Assembly: GCA_049512415.1 (NCBI GenBank)
Contig: JBEKXD010000020.1
Coordinates: forward strand, 732 to 64,731
Reading direction: 5' to 3'
DNA length: 64,000 nt
Source of the DNA: Polyangiaceae bacterium
GTDB lineage: Bacteria; Myxococcota_A; Polyangia; Polyangiales; Polyangiaceae
Part shown: positions 44,642-53,922 of the stretch, in pieces
Position numbering within the stretch: position 1 is the stretch's first letter
Layout of the letters: each line of letters starts with the position of its first letter
Notes under the pieces: generated by a model
Told to the model about the DNA's origin: nothing
What the model saw: the letters and a program-made list of their open reading frames with translations, nothing else
The model's database searches: none
Position numbers and translations under genes: made by a program

Positions 44642-45055
44642 CTACGCGTACGCGGCGACCATGGCACCCGGAGCGGCCCACGCGGGGCGGGTGTACGCTC
44701 GTGACGCCCGCGTCGTCTTGCATCGCGAGTCACTCAGCGACTCGAGGGCTTCCTCTAAGAGCTTCTGGGCGTGCAGGAACGCTTGATGGGAGCCCCCGGG
44801 GCGATCGGGGTGGGTCTGGAACGCTAGACGGCGAAACGCTCGCTTGGCCGCGTCGATGTCGCAGGGAAGCTCCACACCCAACTCCTCAGCCCACGGGGCC
44901 TGCGCCACGAGCGACGGCGCCAGCTCCGGAAGCGCGCTGACCAGGCGTTCGAACGCCTCGAGCGTGGGCTGTTCCGAGAGCCTTGGCACCGGCGTGGCGG
45001 ACCCCGTGGGCTCGATTTGGAGCGCCTCCTCCAGCCAAGCAGCAAACGTCCTCAC
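44642..45055 (-). CDS. small J-domain (DnaJ-like, HPD motif) protein
   Basis: DIDAAKRAFRRLAFQTHPDRPGGSHQAFLHAQKLLEEALESL fits J-domain helix II, HPD and helix III. The track ATG at 45181 lies inside the tRNA gene, so the start is moved to the GTG at 45055. This start is uncertain. Confidence 0.45.
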   Translation of the reverse strand: MRTFAAWLEEALQIEPTGSATPVPRLSEQPTLEAFERLVSALPELAPSLVAQAPWAEELGVELPCDIDAAKRAFRRLAFQTHPDRPGGSHQAFLHAQKLLEEALESLSDSRCKTTRASRAYTRPAWAAPGAMVAAYA

Positions 45056-45151
45056 AGACCTGGGGAACGGCGGCGGCTGTCGGACCTTGAGGCGCCGGTC
45101 CTCGATGGCGCCGAGGGCGGTGTCCGGACTATGCGAGCAACCCCGGCTTCG

Positions 45152-45224
<73 letters not shown>

Positions 45225-45357
45225 GAATCGCCCGAACGCTCGGGAGGACGGGAGCTAAGCGAGCTGCGGCGGCTCTGTCAAGCGGCCCCAGCTCGCCGAC
45301 CGTGCGGAGCCGGGCCGTGCTTGCTCCCTTGCGCGCGGCGTCCTAAGGACGTTTCCC

Positions 45358-46740
45358 ATGCGAACCGAGTGGGTGTCGAAGCGTGCTGGCGACGCGGTGA
45401 AGACGCAGATGCACTATGCCCGCGGCGGCCTAGTCACGGAGGAGATGGCTTTCGTAGCCGCCCGCGAACGTATCGAACCGGGCACCGTCCGCGATGAGGT
45501 GGCTCGGGGCAGGCTGGTGATCCCCGCAAATGTCCACCACGCAAGTCTCGAGCCCATGGGCATCGGGGTCGCCCTGTCGTGCAAAGTGAACGCGAACATT
45601 GGCAACAGCGCGGTCACCAGCGACGTGTCGGCCGAGCTTCGCAAGCTGAGCATCTCGCTCAAGTACGGGGCTGACACGGTCATGGATCTGTCTACGGGAG
45701 GCGATATCGACTCGATTCGAGCCGCCATCGTTGCCGCGTCGCCCGTCCCGGTCGGCACGGTACCGATATACCAGGTTCTAACCGAGCGCAAGAAGGTGTC
45801 GGACATCCGCGCAGACGACATCATCGACATGCTGGAGCACCAAGCCCAACAAGGCGTCGACTATTTCACCCTCCACGCCGGCGTTCTGCTCGAGCACCTG
45901 CCGCTCGTACAGCACCGCATCACGGGGATTGTCTCACGCGGTGGCGCGATCATGGCAGCGTGGATGATCGAGACCGGCAAGCAGAACCCGCTTTACGTCC
46001 ATTGGGACAAGGTGCTCGAGATCTGCGCCCGATACGACGTCACCGTGAGCGCTGGCGACGGACTGCGGCCCGGTTGCCTGGCGGACGCCAGCGACGCTGC
46101 GCAGTTTGCCGAGCTTGCGACGCTCGGAGATCTTACGACGAAGGCATGGCAGAGAGATGTTCAGATCATGATCGAAGGGCCCGGGCACGTGCCGTTCGAC
46201 CAGATCGAAATGAACGTCCGCAGGGAGATCGAGCTTTGCCACGAGGCGCCCTTCTACGTCCTCGGTCCTCTCGTCACCGACATCGCGCCGGGGTACGACC
46301 ACATCACGAGCGCGATCGGGGCTACGATGGCAGGTGTGTCCGGGGCCGCCATGCTCTGCTACGTCACGCCGAAGGAACATCTCGGCCTTCCGGACGAGAA
46401 TGACGTGCGCGCGGGACTGGTAGCTTACAAGATAGCCGCACACGCCGCGGACATCGCACGCCACCGTCCGGGGGCTCGCGACCGTGACGACGCTCTGTCC
46501 AAGGCGCGCTACGCCTTCGACTGGAAGGAGCAGTTTCGGCTCTCGCTCGATCCGGAGACAGCCGAGGCCATGCACGACGAGACGCTCAAGGACGAGTATT
46601 TCAAGACAGCGGAGTTCTGCTCGATGTGCGGTCCAAGGTTCTGCAGCATGCACATCAACCGTGCCGTGACGAGCTTCAACGAAAGGGCGGAGGGCGACAC
46701 GCCGGCCGCTCGCCGCTCGCTCGAGGTGCTGATCCCTTGA
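45358..46740 (+). CDS. thiC: phosphomethylpyrimidine synthase ThiC
   Basis: [28 protein letters not shown] and the C-terminal Fe-S motif [11 protein letters not shown] are present. An AAGGA lies about 10 nt upstream of the ATG. Confidence 0.95.
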   Translation: MRTEWVSKRAGDAVKTQMHYARGGLVTEEMAFVAARERIEPGTVRDEVARGRLVIPANVHHASLEPMGIGVALSCKVNANIGNSAVTSDVSAELRKLSISLKYGADTVMDLSTGGDIDSIRAAIVAASPVPVGTVPIYQVLTERKKVSDIRADDIIDMLEHQAQQGVDYFTLHAGVLLEHLPLVQHRITGIVSRGGAIMAAWMIETGKQNPLYVHWDKVLEICARYDVTVSAGDGLRPGCLADASDAAQFAELATLGDLTTKAWQRDVQIMIEGPGHVPFDQIEMNVRREIELCHEAPFYVLGPLVTDIAPGYDHITSAIGATMAGVSGAAMLCYVTPKEHLGLPDENDVRAGLVAYKIAAHAADIARHRPGARDRDDALSKARYAFDWKEQFRLSLDPETAEAMHDETLKDEYFKTAEFCSMCGPRFCSMHINRAVTSFNERAEGDTPAARRSLEVLIP

Positions 46741-46753
46741 CTTCGCGGCCCGC

Positions 46754-47398
46754 ATGACGTCGAGAGACTCGGGTCTCGCCTGCCGAACGAGCAGCCTGTC
46801 CACATTCCGCCGGTTTCTTGCTGTCGCCGCCTGCGTGGGGCTCGTTTCGATCGCCGCCAACTGTGGGAAGAAGACTGCGCCGGAGGTATCGGTCGCGTCT
46901 CTCCTGTCCTCGGCAGACCCCGAGGCCGAATCGCTGGGACCTTCGAATCCGATGGATCCAGGGGAGGCAGCACTGTGGGCGGCGGCGAAGGACGGGGAGG
47001 CCGAGGATCTCATGCGCTTGGGCGACCGCGTGGGCTGCACGGGCCTCCGCGAGCGGGCGACCGTTTCAGAGCTGCGATTGACGGCCGTGCGGGCTATGGA
47101 GTTCTGTGGCGACTTGTCCGAGCTGGAGTGGCTTGCTGAGATTGCGGCGATGGCCAGCGACGATGTGGCGCAGGCTGCCCTCGATTCCATCGATGCGATC
47201 GCGGCGCTTCCGCGCCGGCCGGTCGATCCGGAGGATGCCGAGGACCTGAGGGCGGGTTGCGAGCGATTGATGAAGCTGGCCCGGTCTGCGGGCGCGGCGA
47301 AAAATCGGCGTATCGAGGCGGTTCGGGCGCTGCGAATGCTGAGCGATCGAGGCTGCGTGCGTCGAGCCGACATCCCATCGGACGTCGACACTCACTAG
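46754..47398 (+). CDS. lipoprotein with helical (HEAT-like) repeats, unknown function
   Basis: FRRFLAVAACVGLVSIAANC has a lipobox. The rest is alpha-helical and repeat-like (LRLTAVRAMEF..., RIEAVRALRML...). It starts 14 nt after thiC. Confidence 0.55.
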   Translation: MTSRDSGLACRTSSLSTFRRFLAVAACVGLVSIAANCGKKTAPEVSVASLLSSADPEAESLGPSNPMDPGEAALWAAAKDGEAEDLMRLGDRVGCTGLRERATVSELRLTAVRAMEFCGDLSELEWLAEIAAMASDDVAQAALDSIDAIAALPRRPVDPEDAEDLRAGCERLMKLARSAGAAKNRRIEAVRALRMLSDRGCVRRADIPSDVDTH

Positions 47399-47430
47399 TT
47401 CTCGCCGGGGAACGCCCAGACGGAGAGGGG

Positions 47431-47511
47431 TTCACAGGAAGGGCGGAAGGCGTGAATGGACGGGAAAAATTGCTCAGATTACCGCTTCCGATATCCCGAC
47501 CTTCCTGTGAA
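47431..47511. other. 81-nt imperfect palindrome / long hairpin between convergent genes
   Basis: A perfect 12-bp inverted repeat, ttcacaggaagg (47431-47442) and ccttcctgtgaa (47500-47511), is extended by cggaag (47444-47449) and cttccg (47485-47490). The apical region is A/T-rich. No T-tract follows on either strand. Confidence 0.6.
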
Positions 47512-47590
47512 TACTCTCTGAGCGTGAGGAGGTACGACTGCAGTGTGGATCAGGCCGACGTCGTCCGCGGGAGGAGGGTGCGTTCGATGC

Positions 47591-48358
47591 TCACCAGGAT
47601 TGCGGGTCCGCTCCGCCGTCCACTAGCTGGCGGGCGGCTCTCACAAGCTCTTGTACGGCCGCGTGTGTCCTGTCGCGGAGAGTTGCGGATCTGGAGCTGT
47701 CGTCGACTACGATAGGTGTGCCCACGCACATGGCGACGGTGGACGGGGGTGCGGCGGCCATTCGCAAAAGGTGGGCGCTGAAAGTCTCGTCGACGAACGC
47801 GGCCTCCGAGCTGCTGGCGTAGGCGATGCCCACCGGAACAATGTCGATCGGCGTGTGCATTGCGGCGACGAAGGCTCCGGCGAAAAACGGCCGGACGTCG
47901 TCTCCGGGATAGGTCGTTCCCTCAGGAAAGAGGATGACGGTGGCTTTCTCTCGCAGCAGGGATCGGATCGTCCGGACCGCGCTGGCTCCGCTGACAGCGT
48001 CCGACCGTTCGACGAACACCGTCCCAGCAGCTTTGGCCGCCCGCCCGATCAGCGGCCATCGAGCGAGATCGGCCCTGCTGACGATAGGGCCTCCGAAGGC
48101 GCGCAAGAGGAGAAGAATGTCCGCCGCAGATCGGTGATTCGCGACGACGAGGTGTCCGCGGTCGGTCGACACCATGGGTCCGCGAGCGAGGACACGGACC
48201 GCGAAGAGATCGAGGAGCGTCGACGCCCAGAGTCCCACCCACCGCGCGCGCACTTGGTCCCGGTCTCGCGGCGCCACAAACCGGCGCCGAACGAGGTACG
48301 CCGAGAGCATGGCTGACGTCACGCCCACCAAGCCGGCGATTCGAGCGGTCCGCCGCAT
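47591..48358 (-). CDS. plsC: 1-acyl-sn-glycerol-3-phosphate acyltransferase family (PlsC-like)
   Basis: It has the HX4D motif VVANHRSAADILLL and FPEGTT. The ATG at 48358 (MRRTARIAGLVGV...) precedes the N-terminal TM helix. The track start at 48511 looks too far upstream. Confidence 0.8.
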   Translation of the reverse strand: MRRTARIAGLVGVTSAMLSAYLVRRRFVAPRDRDQVRARWVGLWASTLLDLFAVRVLARGPMVSTDRGHLVVANHRSAADILLLLRAFGGPIVSRADLARWPLIGRAAKAAGTVFVERSDAVSGASAVRTIRSLLREKATVILFPEGTTYPGDDVRPFFAGAFVAAMHTPIDIVPVGIAYASSSEAAFVDETFSAHLLRMAAAPPSTVAMCVGTPIVVDDSSRSATLRDRTHAAVQELVRAARQLVDGGADPQSW

Positions 48359-48655
48359 CTCCCGTGCGATGTCGTGTAGGGGAGATCTCACCCGATCCTC
48401 CTCCTTGCAAAGGCCAGCCGTCGCATCCCCCGCCAGGTCCCGGGCCGCTCCTCCCGCGCGCGCCGTCCGTCCCAAAGCGGGTGCACGGCATCGCCGCCCG
48501 AGCGAAACCACGGTGCCGCGACATCGCGAGGCGGGATGGAATCGCCAGCGACCACGACGTCACGGGAAGGAGAGCTCAGGATTGGCAACGGCCGCATTGT
48601 AGGACGTGGCGTTCGACTTCGTGCTGCGCTCCACAGTAGGTTAATCCCAACATCT

Positions 48656-49954
48656 ATGGTCGCGATCGCACTCGCGCTCACTTCGGAGGAACGCGACCGC
48701 CTTGGGTCCGACGTCACGCTCAGGGCGATTGCAGTGCGGGCATACGAGGAGGCGTGGCGCGAGCGCTGGCCGTTCTTGAGCGATGTGTTCGCCCGGGTCC
48801 TCCGGGGCGTTCATGAAGAGGAAGCGGGGATCGTCGCCGCCGCGGTGCACGCACTGGTCAAGTACCACCGGCTCCTCGGGTTCGCGTGCGGGGATGCCGC
48901 AGGGCAAGCTGCCAAGTTGGAGATGCTCTTGGCGCTCGCTCGCGGCGAGTGCCGGGAGGTCGATGCCCGCCTGGACGCGCTCGAGGGCGAGACCGAGAGA
49001 CTCGGCACGGCCTATTCGATGCCCGACTGGTTGGTCGATCTCGTGCGGACCGAGGTGGGGACGTTGGCATTCAAAGCAGCGCTCGCTCGGATGAACGAGA
49101 CGGCACCTCGCGTGGCGCGGGTCAACACGTTGAGGACGACCCGGGACGACCTGCGGACTGCCTTGGCGGGCGAAGGCCTGGAGACTCGCTCGACCCAGAC
49201 TGCACAAACGGGGCTCGCGATCGACGGCCGGCGTTCGCCCTTTCGCACGCAAGCCTTCGCGCGCGGGGACTTCGAGATGCAGGACGAGGCCTCCCAGATG
49301 GTCGCCGAGCTCGTGGCGCCCCCTCCTCGGACCCGCGTCATTGATGCGTGTGCAGGAGCGGGAGGCAAGGCGTTGGCTCTCGCAGCACTGCTCGACGGAA
49401 AGGGAGAGGTCATCGCCCTGGATCCGTCGGGCGATAAGCTCAAGGAACTGCGCCGGCGCGCGCGTCGGGCCGGCGCAAACAACGTTCGGGCTCTGGAGTG
49501 CGACCTTCTCGCAACAGACGACCGCATCCGCGGGCTCCAGGCGAGTGCGACGCGGGTTCTCGTCGACGCTCCGTGCACCGGTGTGGGAGCGATTCGACGC
49601 AACCCGGAGGCTCGCTGGCGTCTCGGCGTCGACGAGTTAGTTCGCCTCCTCGAGCGGCAGCGGGCGCTCCTCGATGGAGCCGCTCGCCTCGTGGTGCCCC
49701 ATGGCCGCATCGTGTTTGCAACGTGCTCATTCCTGCCGAGCGAAGGCTCGAATGTCGTCGAGGAGTTTCTGGCTCGGCAAGCCGGGTATTCTCTGGTGAC
49801 TGCGCGCGAGGTCTTGGGTGGTGGGCGAGCACGACCGATGGTCACGACCGATGGCAAGTATCTCTCGACGTGGCGATTCGACGGCGCGGACGACGCGCAG
49901 TCCGACGGATTTTTCGCTGCGGTTTTGCGCAAGGCGCGACCGGTACCGCGGTAG
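48656..49954 (+). CDS. rsmB: RsmB/NOL1/NOP2/Sun-family RNA (cytosine-C5)-methyltransferase
   Basis: VIDACAGAGGKALALA (SAM motif), VDAPCTGVGAIRRNPEARW and ATCSFLPSEG (catalytic Cys motifs) are present. The ATG at 48656 follows a low-GC stretch; the track start at 48536 is possible. Confidence 0.8.
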   Translation: MVAIALALTSEERDRLGSDVTLRAIAVRAYEEAWRERWPFLSDVFARVLRGVHEEEAGIVAAAVHALVKYHRLLGFACGDAAGQAAKLEMLLALARGECREVDARLDALEGETERLGTAYSMPDWLVDLVRTEVGTLAFKAALARMNETAPRVARVNTLRTTRDDLRTALAGEGLETRSTQTAQTGLAIDGRRSPFRTQAFARGDFEMQDEASQMVAELVAPPPRTRVIDACAGAGGKALALAALLDGKGEVIALDPSGDKLKELRRRARRAGANNVRALECDLLATDDRIRGLQASATRVLVDAPCTGVGAIRRNPEARWRLGVDELVRLLERQRALLDGAARLVVPHGRIVFATCSFLPSEGSNVVEEFLARQAGYSLVTAREVLGGGRARPMVTTDGKYLSTWRFDGADDAQSDGFFAAVLRKARPVPR

Positions 49955-50036
49955 TGGAAGTGGTCCGGCGAGACGGACCGGGCTTCCCAAGCGTCGTCGG
50001 TCAACCGTCTGCCGAACTCGGCGCGATTGCCCGCGA

Positions 50037-50162
50037 TTGGGATACATGATCGCGCCGACCACCCCTTGCAGTCGCCGACCAAACGGCCGTTCTGCAGTTC
50101 GCAGAGCCCGCCGACGCGATGACCCACGCCCGGACGGATCCCAATTCTTTATCACGGGATAG
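50037..50162 (+). pseudogene. possible relic of a cyclophilin-type peptidyl-prolyl isomerase gene (frameshifted, truncated)
   Basis: In a 214-nt gap, one frame reads LGYMIAPTTP...DGSQFFITG* (cf. GFMIQGGDP and the NGSQFFIT hallmark). A second frame reads ADAMTHARTDPNS (cf. GTLAMARTxxPNS). The two overlap on the same nucleotides, consistent with a small deletion. Confidence 0.3.
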
Positions 50163-50168
50163 GAAATC

Positions 50169-51215
50169 GTGTCAGAGCCCGCAAAGATAGCGATGTTCTT
50201 CCTGGCCCTCGACAACGACTACCAGGACCTACAGAGAGACGTCGCGCGCGTTGCTGCACAGAGGCACCACTTCACTCTCAAGGAGGTGAGCGCGTTCAAC
50301 AACGGCGAACGTCAGGTTACGCAAGTTAAAGAGTGCCTCGCCGAGCCGGAGGGCGTTCGCGCGCGCGCGATCGTGGTCTGTCCGGTTGCCGATGTCCTGA
50401 TGCGGCCTCTGGCCGAAGACGCGGCCCGTCTCGGTGTGGCGTTCGTCGTCGTCAATCGCCCGTGCGACCACCTCGCGGCGCTGCGAATGAAATACCCGCG
50501 GGTGCCCCTTTTTGGGGTATCGCCCGACCAGAAGCACGTAGGCTGCATTCAGGGCCAGCAGTTCAAGAAGCTCCTGCCGAGGGGGGGATCCGTCTTCTAC
50601 GTAAGGGGAGCGGTGGGTGCCGCGTCGGCCGAGATGCGTCTGGAGGGAGTTCAGCGCGAGCTTGCCAACACGGACATCAAGATGGTGATCGAGAACGGGG
50701 ACTGGTCCCTGGTGAGCGGGGAGCGCGCGATCCAGAGTCGGCTGCGGACCCCGGGCGCGTTCACTGGCTCGAATTGGATCGTCGGCGCTCAGAACGACCT
50801 CATGGCGGTGGGCGCGCGCTCCGCCCTTCAAGCGGCGGCGGCGGAGTTGAAGAGACCCGAGCTCGCGGAAATACCCGTCACCGGATGCGACGGCACGCGG
50901 ACCTACGGTCAGACCATGGTGAGAACGCGCAAGCTGGCCGCCACGGTGGTCTTGCCACCGACGGCCGAAAGGGCCATAGACGACCTCGCTCAAGCATTTT
51001 CGAGCGGAAAGACGCCCACGGTGGACGTGCTCCTCGAAGCGGCGTCGTTCCGGGCTCTCGAGCTCATAGGAGCGGGTGTTTCAGGCGCAAGGGTAGCGGA
51101 AGGCCCCGGGCCGGCGAGATCACCCGTCGCGCCCGCCAGCACAGTAGGTGAGCGCTTGCCAGACGGGTCAGGCTCCGAGCGTAAGCGTCTCGCGTTCAAG
51201 GCCCGGGCGACGTGA
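50169..51215 (+). CDS. type I periplasmic-binding-protein-fold (sugar-binding/LacI-ligand-domain-like) protein lacking signal peptide and HTH
   Basis: It has a GTG start with AGGAAA upstream. Alternating beta-alpha segments include IAMFFLALDNDYQ, AIVVCPV, AFVVVNRP, VFYVRG, IVGAQNDLMAVGA and PVTGCDGT. There is no hydrophobic N-terminus and no DNA-binding domain. Confidence 0.55.
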   Translation: MSEPAKIAMFFLALDNDYQDLQRDVARVAAQRHHFTLKEVSAFNNGERQVTQVKECLAEPEGVRARAIVVCPVADVLMRPLAEDAARLGVAFVVVNRPCDHLAALRMKYPRVPLFGVSPDQKHVGCIQGQQFKKLLPRGGSVFYVRGAVGAASAEMRLEGVQRELANTDIKMVIENGDWSLVSGERAIQSRLRTPGAFTGSNWIVGAQNDLMAVGARSALQAAAAELKRPELAEIPVTGCDGTRTYGQTMVRTRKLAATVVLPPTAERAIDDLAQAFSSGKTPTVDVLLEAASFRALELIGAGVSGARVAEGPGPARSPVAPASTVGERLPDGSGSERKRLAFKARAT

Positions 51216-51564
51216 CTCTCGGCGCCTCCCCGCTTGGGAGGCGCGCCCGGCGCCGAGGGCAACGCCAGACGTCTTCGAGGGAGGCTGCCTTGCGTCGACG
51301 GAAGCGCTACTCCGATCGATGTAGATGCCAACCTGCTCGATGGAGGCGCCGCTCCGCGCGAGGAAAACGCCACTCCGATCGCCGAACTCCCGTCAATCTT
51401 CGCTTTGCCGTGCTCGACACTAGGACGGGCACAGCCCTAGCGAGCTATGGAGCAATAATGAGGGTGAACGCTTGTCCGACCCGTGTCGGCGTGTGAATAT
51501 TCCCGCCACCTGCGGAGAACACGTAGTCGCTGCGGCTTGTCTGTCGGCTGAAGGGCTCGGTCCA

Positions 51565-53715
51565 ATGAGGTTTCTGTCGAACGCGGGGTGGATCGCGGCT
51601 GGGCTTGTGGTCGGAGCCACAGGCTGCGTTGGGTATGCGTCGGTCGTCGCGGAGACCGACGATGCCATGACGACGGATGCGAAGTCATCGGGCGACGGTG
51701 CGCCCAGTGCTGACGCCACGAGTACGGACGGGAAGGCCGACGGCAATGCAGCAGATGGCATGATCGACGCCACATTCGATGGACGCACTGGAGCAGGCCA
51801 AGGCGACGGGGGTGAAAGCGAGGCTGGCTTGCCCGACGTGGGGCCGAATTCGCTGACGGACGTGGAAGCTGGCCCCGCGTCGACGTACCCGGACGGAGCG
51901 CTCCAGGACGTAACGACGACCGCGTGCAGCGCCGGGGCTCTGCGGTGTAACGGACTGCAAGCGCAAACGTGCGACCCCTCCGGGACATGGCAGGACACCG
52001 GGGCGACGTGTCCCTACGTTTGCGGTGCAGGGGCGTGCACGGGGACGTGTGTTCCAAGCTCTACCCAGTGCAGCGGTTTGCAGCCTCAGACGTGCGATGG
52101 TGCCGGAGCGTGGCAAAATCAGGGGGAAGCCTGCGAGTTTTCGTGCGGCGGAGGAGCCTGCTCGGGCTCGTGTACTCCGGGCGCGAGCCAGTGCAACGGT
52201 CCGCAACCTCAAGCGTGCGCCGACGGTGGCGTCTGGCAAGCAACCGGGGACAAGTGCAACTTCGTATGCGACGGCGGCGTGTGCGGGGGCGATTGCACGC
52301 CCACGGCGGCGCGGTGCAATGGGCTTCAACCGCAGAGGTGCGATGGGAACGGCACGTGGCAGAACGAGGGCACCGCGTGCACATCGTTTTGCAGCGGCGG
52401 CAGCTGCGTCGCGTGCACGGCGGGGGCGAGCCAGTGCAACGGGTTGCAGCCTGAGACCTGTGGCGACGCAGGTGCATGGGTCAGCTCAGGCGCGTCGTGT
52501 CAGTTCGTCTGCGACGGTGGCTCCTGCTCGGGTGCGTGCACCCCAACGTCGCTCCAGTGCGACCAGCTCCAGCCGCAAACGTGCAATCCAGCGGGTACGT
52601 GGGTCAATAAGGGCAACCCATGCCCTTATGTCTGCAACGGGGGGGCCTGCACTGGGGTCTGTACGCCGGATGCTCTCCAGTGCAATGGACTTCAGCCGCA
52701 GACGTGCACGAGCGCAGGTGCATGGGCAAACACCGGCGCCGCATGTCCATTCATCTGTTCCGCGGGCAAGTGCGCCGGAGTGTGTTCGCCGGACGCCGTC
52801 CAGTGCAACGGGCTCCAGCCCCAGACGTGCGATAGCCAGGGTGCGTGGACCAATAACGGCTCCGCGTGCCCCTACGTCTGCTCGGCGGGAGTGTGCTCAG
52901 GAGAGTGCATCCCCCGCGCGGTCCGGTGCAGCGGGCAGCAGCCGGAACTCTGCGTCAGCACCGGTACGTGGCAAACGAACGGGGCCCCTTGCAGCGGGTG
53001 TTACACCTGCTCGGATGCGACCGGCTCGTGCGCCGCAAGCGTTGGCAGCTCGTGCAACGACCAGAATGCCTGTACCCAGAACGACACGTGCCAAGGCAAT
53101 GGAACGTGCGCGGGCACCGCGGTCATATGCCAGCCGCTCGACAACTGCCATGTGGCGGGCACGTGCAGCACCTCGACAGGCTGCTCGAATCCGGTGGCGA
53201 CGGGCGTCAACTGTCCGACGAACGGCCCTGCCTGTCAGCAGTGGTATCCGGACTGCGACCAGGACGGCTTTGGAGACTCACAGAAAGCGCCCATCTGGTC
53301 ATGCTCGGCGCCTCTGCGCGTTCCCACCTGTTCGTCCGGTTTCAATGGCACCTATGTCAACAACAACAGAGATTGTTGTGATATCGATCCGGGCGCTAAC
53401 CCGGATCAAACGAACTACTCCATTGTCCCGGACGCGTGCGACGGCTCTTTCGATTGGAACTGCGATGGTGTCGAAACGCTCCAGAGCGACGGGCCGAGCG
53501 ACTGCGATCCGCCGAACCTTGCATGCCCTCAAGTGTCTGGCTGCCCCAACCCGACCCTGCCTCCCGACTGTGTCGACGGGATTGAAAGTGAAACGCCGGC
53601 CCTTTGCGGGCAGTATTGGCAGCTCTTCTACGCAACTTGCGCCCCAAGCCAAACGGGCACTGGTTGCGATCTGATTGCGGGCACCGCCAATGGGGGGACA
53701 CAAGCCTGCCTGTGA
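51565..53715 (+). CDS. secreted Cys-rich protein with ~8.5 tandem 41-aa six-cysteine repeats and a C-terminal Cys/Asp-rich region
   Basis: MRFLSNAGWIAAGLVVGATGC is a signal peptide with a lipobox-like end. The repeat pattern is C.P....C.GLQPQTC...G.W...G..C...C..G.C.G. between nt 51925 and 52995. The C-terminus has YPDCDQDGFGDS and DCCDIDPGANPDQ...CDG..DWNCDG motifs. Confidence 0.8.
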   Translation: MRFLSNAGWIAAGLVVGATGCVGYASVVAETDDAMTTDAKSSGDGAPSADATSTDGKADGNAADGMIDATFDGRTGAGQGDGGESEAGLPDVGPNSLTDVEAGPASTYPDGALQDVTTTACSAGALRCNGLQAQTCDPSGTWQDTGATCPYVCGAGACTGTCVPSSTQCSGLQPQTCDGAGAWQNQGEACEFSCGGGACSGSCTPGASQCNGPQPQACADGGVWQATGDKCNFVCDGGVCGGDCTPTAARCNGLQPQRCDGNGTWQNEGTACTSFCSGGSCVACTAGASQCNGLQPETCGDAGAWVSSGASCQFVCDGGSCSGACTPTSLQCDQLQPQTCNPAGTWVNKGNPCPYVCNGGACTGVCTPDALQCNGLQPQTCTSAGAWANTGAACPFICSAGKCAGVCSPDAVQCNGLQPQTCDSQGAWTNNGSACPYVCSAGVCSGECIPRAVRCSGQQPELCVSTGTWQTNGAPCSGCYTCSDATGSCAASVGSSCNDQNACTQNDTCQGNGTCAGTAVICQPLDNCHVAGTCSTSTGCSNPVATGVNCPTNGPACQQWYPDCDQDGFGDSQKAPIWSCSAPLRVPTCSSGFNGTYVNNNRDCCDIDPGANPDQTNYSIVPDACDGSFDWNCDGVETLQSDGPSDCDPPNLACPQVSGCPNPTLPPDCVDGIESETPALCGQYWQLFYATCAPSQTGTGCDLIAGTANGGTQACL

Positions 53716-53922
53716 TACGTTCAGAAAAGTGGCCGGCCGGGAGTCGCGTGTGCCAGCGAAAGAATTTTGCAGCACGTGTGCAAGTGTGACTGCTACATCC
53801 AGGCGTCGAGGGGAGCAGGGAAGAACCACCTGACGACGACGACGGGGTAAGCTGCGCGAGTCTGGATCCCCTAAGACCCGCTCGCCGGTGGGCCTCAAAT
53901 CAGCCGGAAGGGACTCATATCT

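Noticed and set aside
53767-53783. A near-palindrome ttgcagcacgtgtgcaa upstream of the Ser-rich lipoprotein gene, considered as a transcription-factor site.
   Set aside because: Only the outer 5-bp arms (TTGCA/TGCAA) are symmetric, and the inner CACGTG is offset. A single short occurrence is not distinguishable from chance without comparative data.
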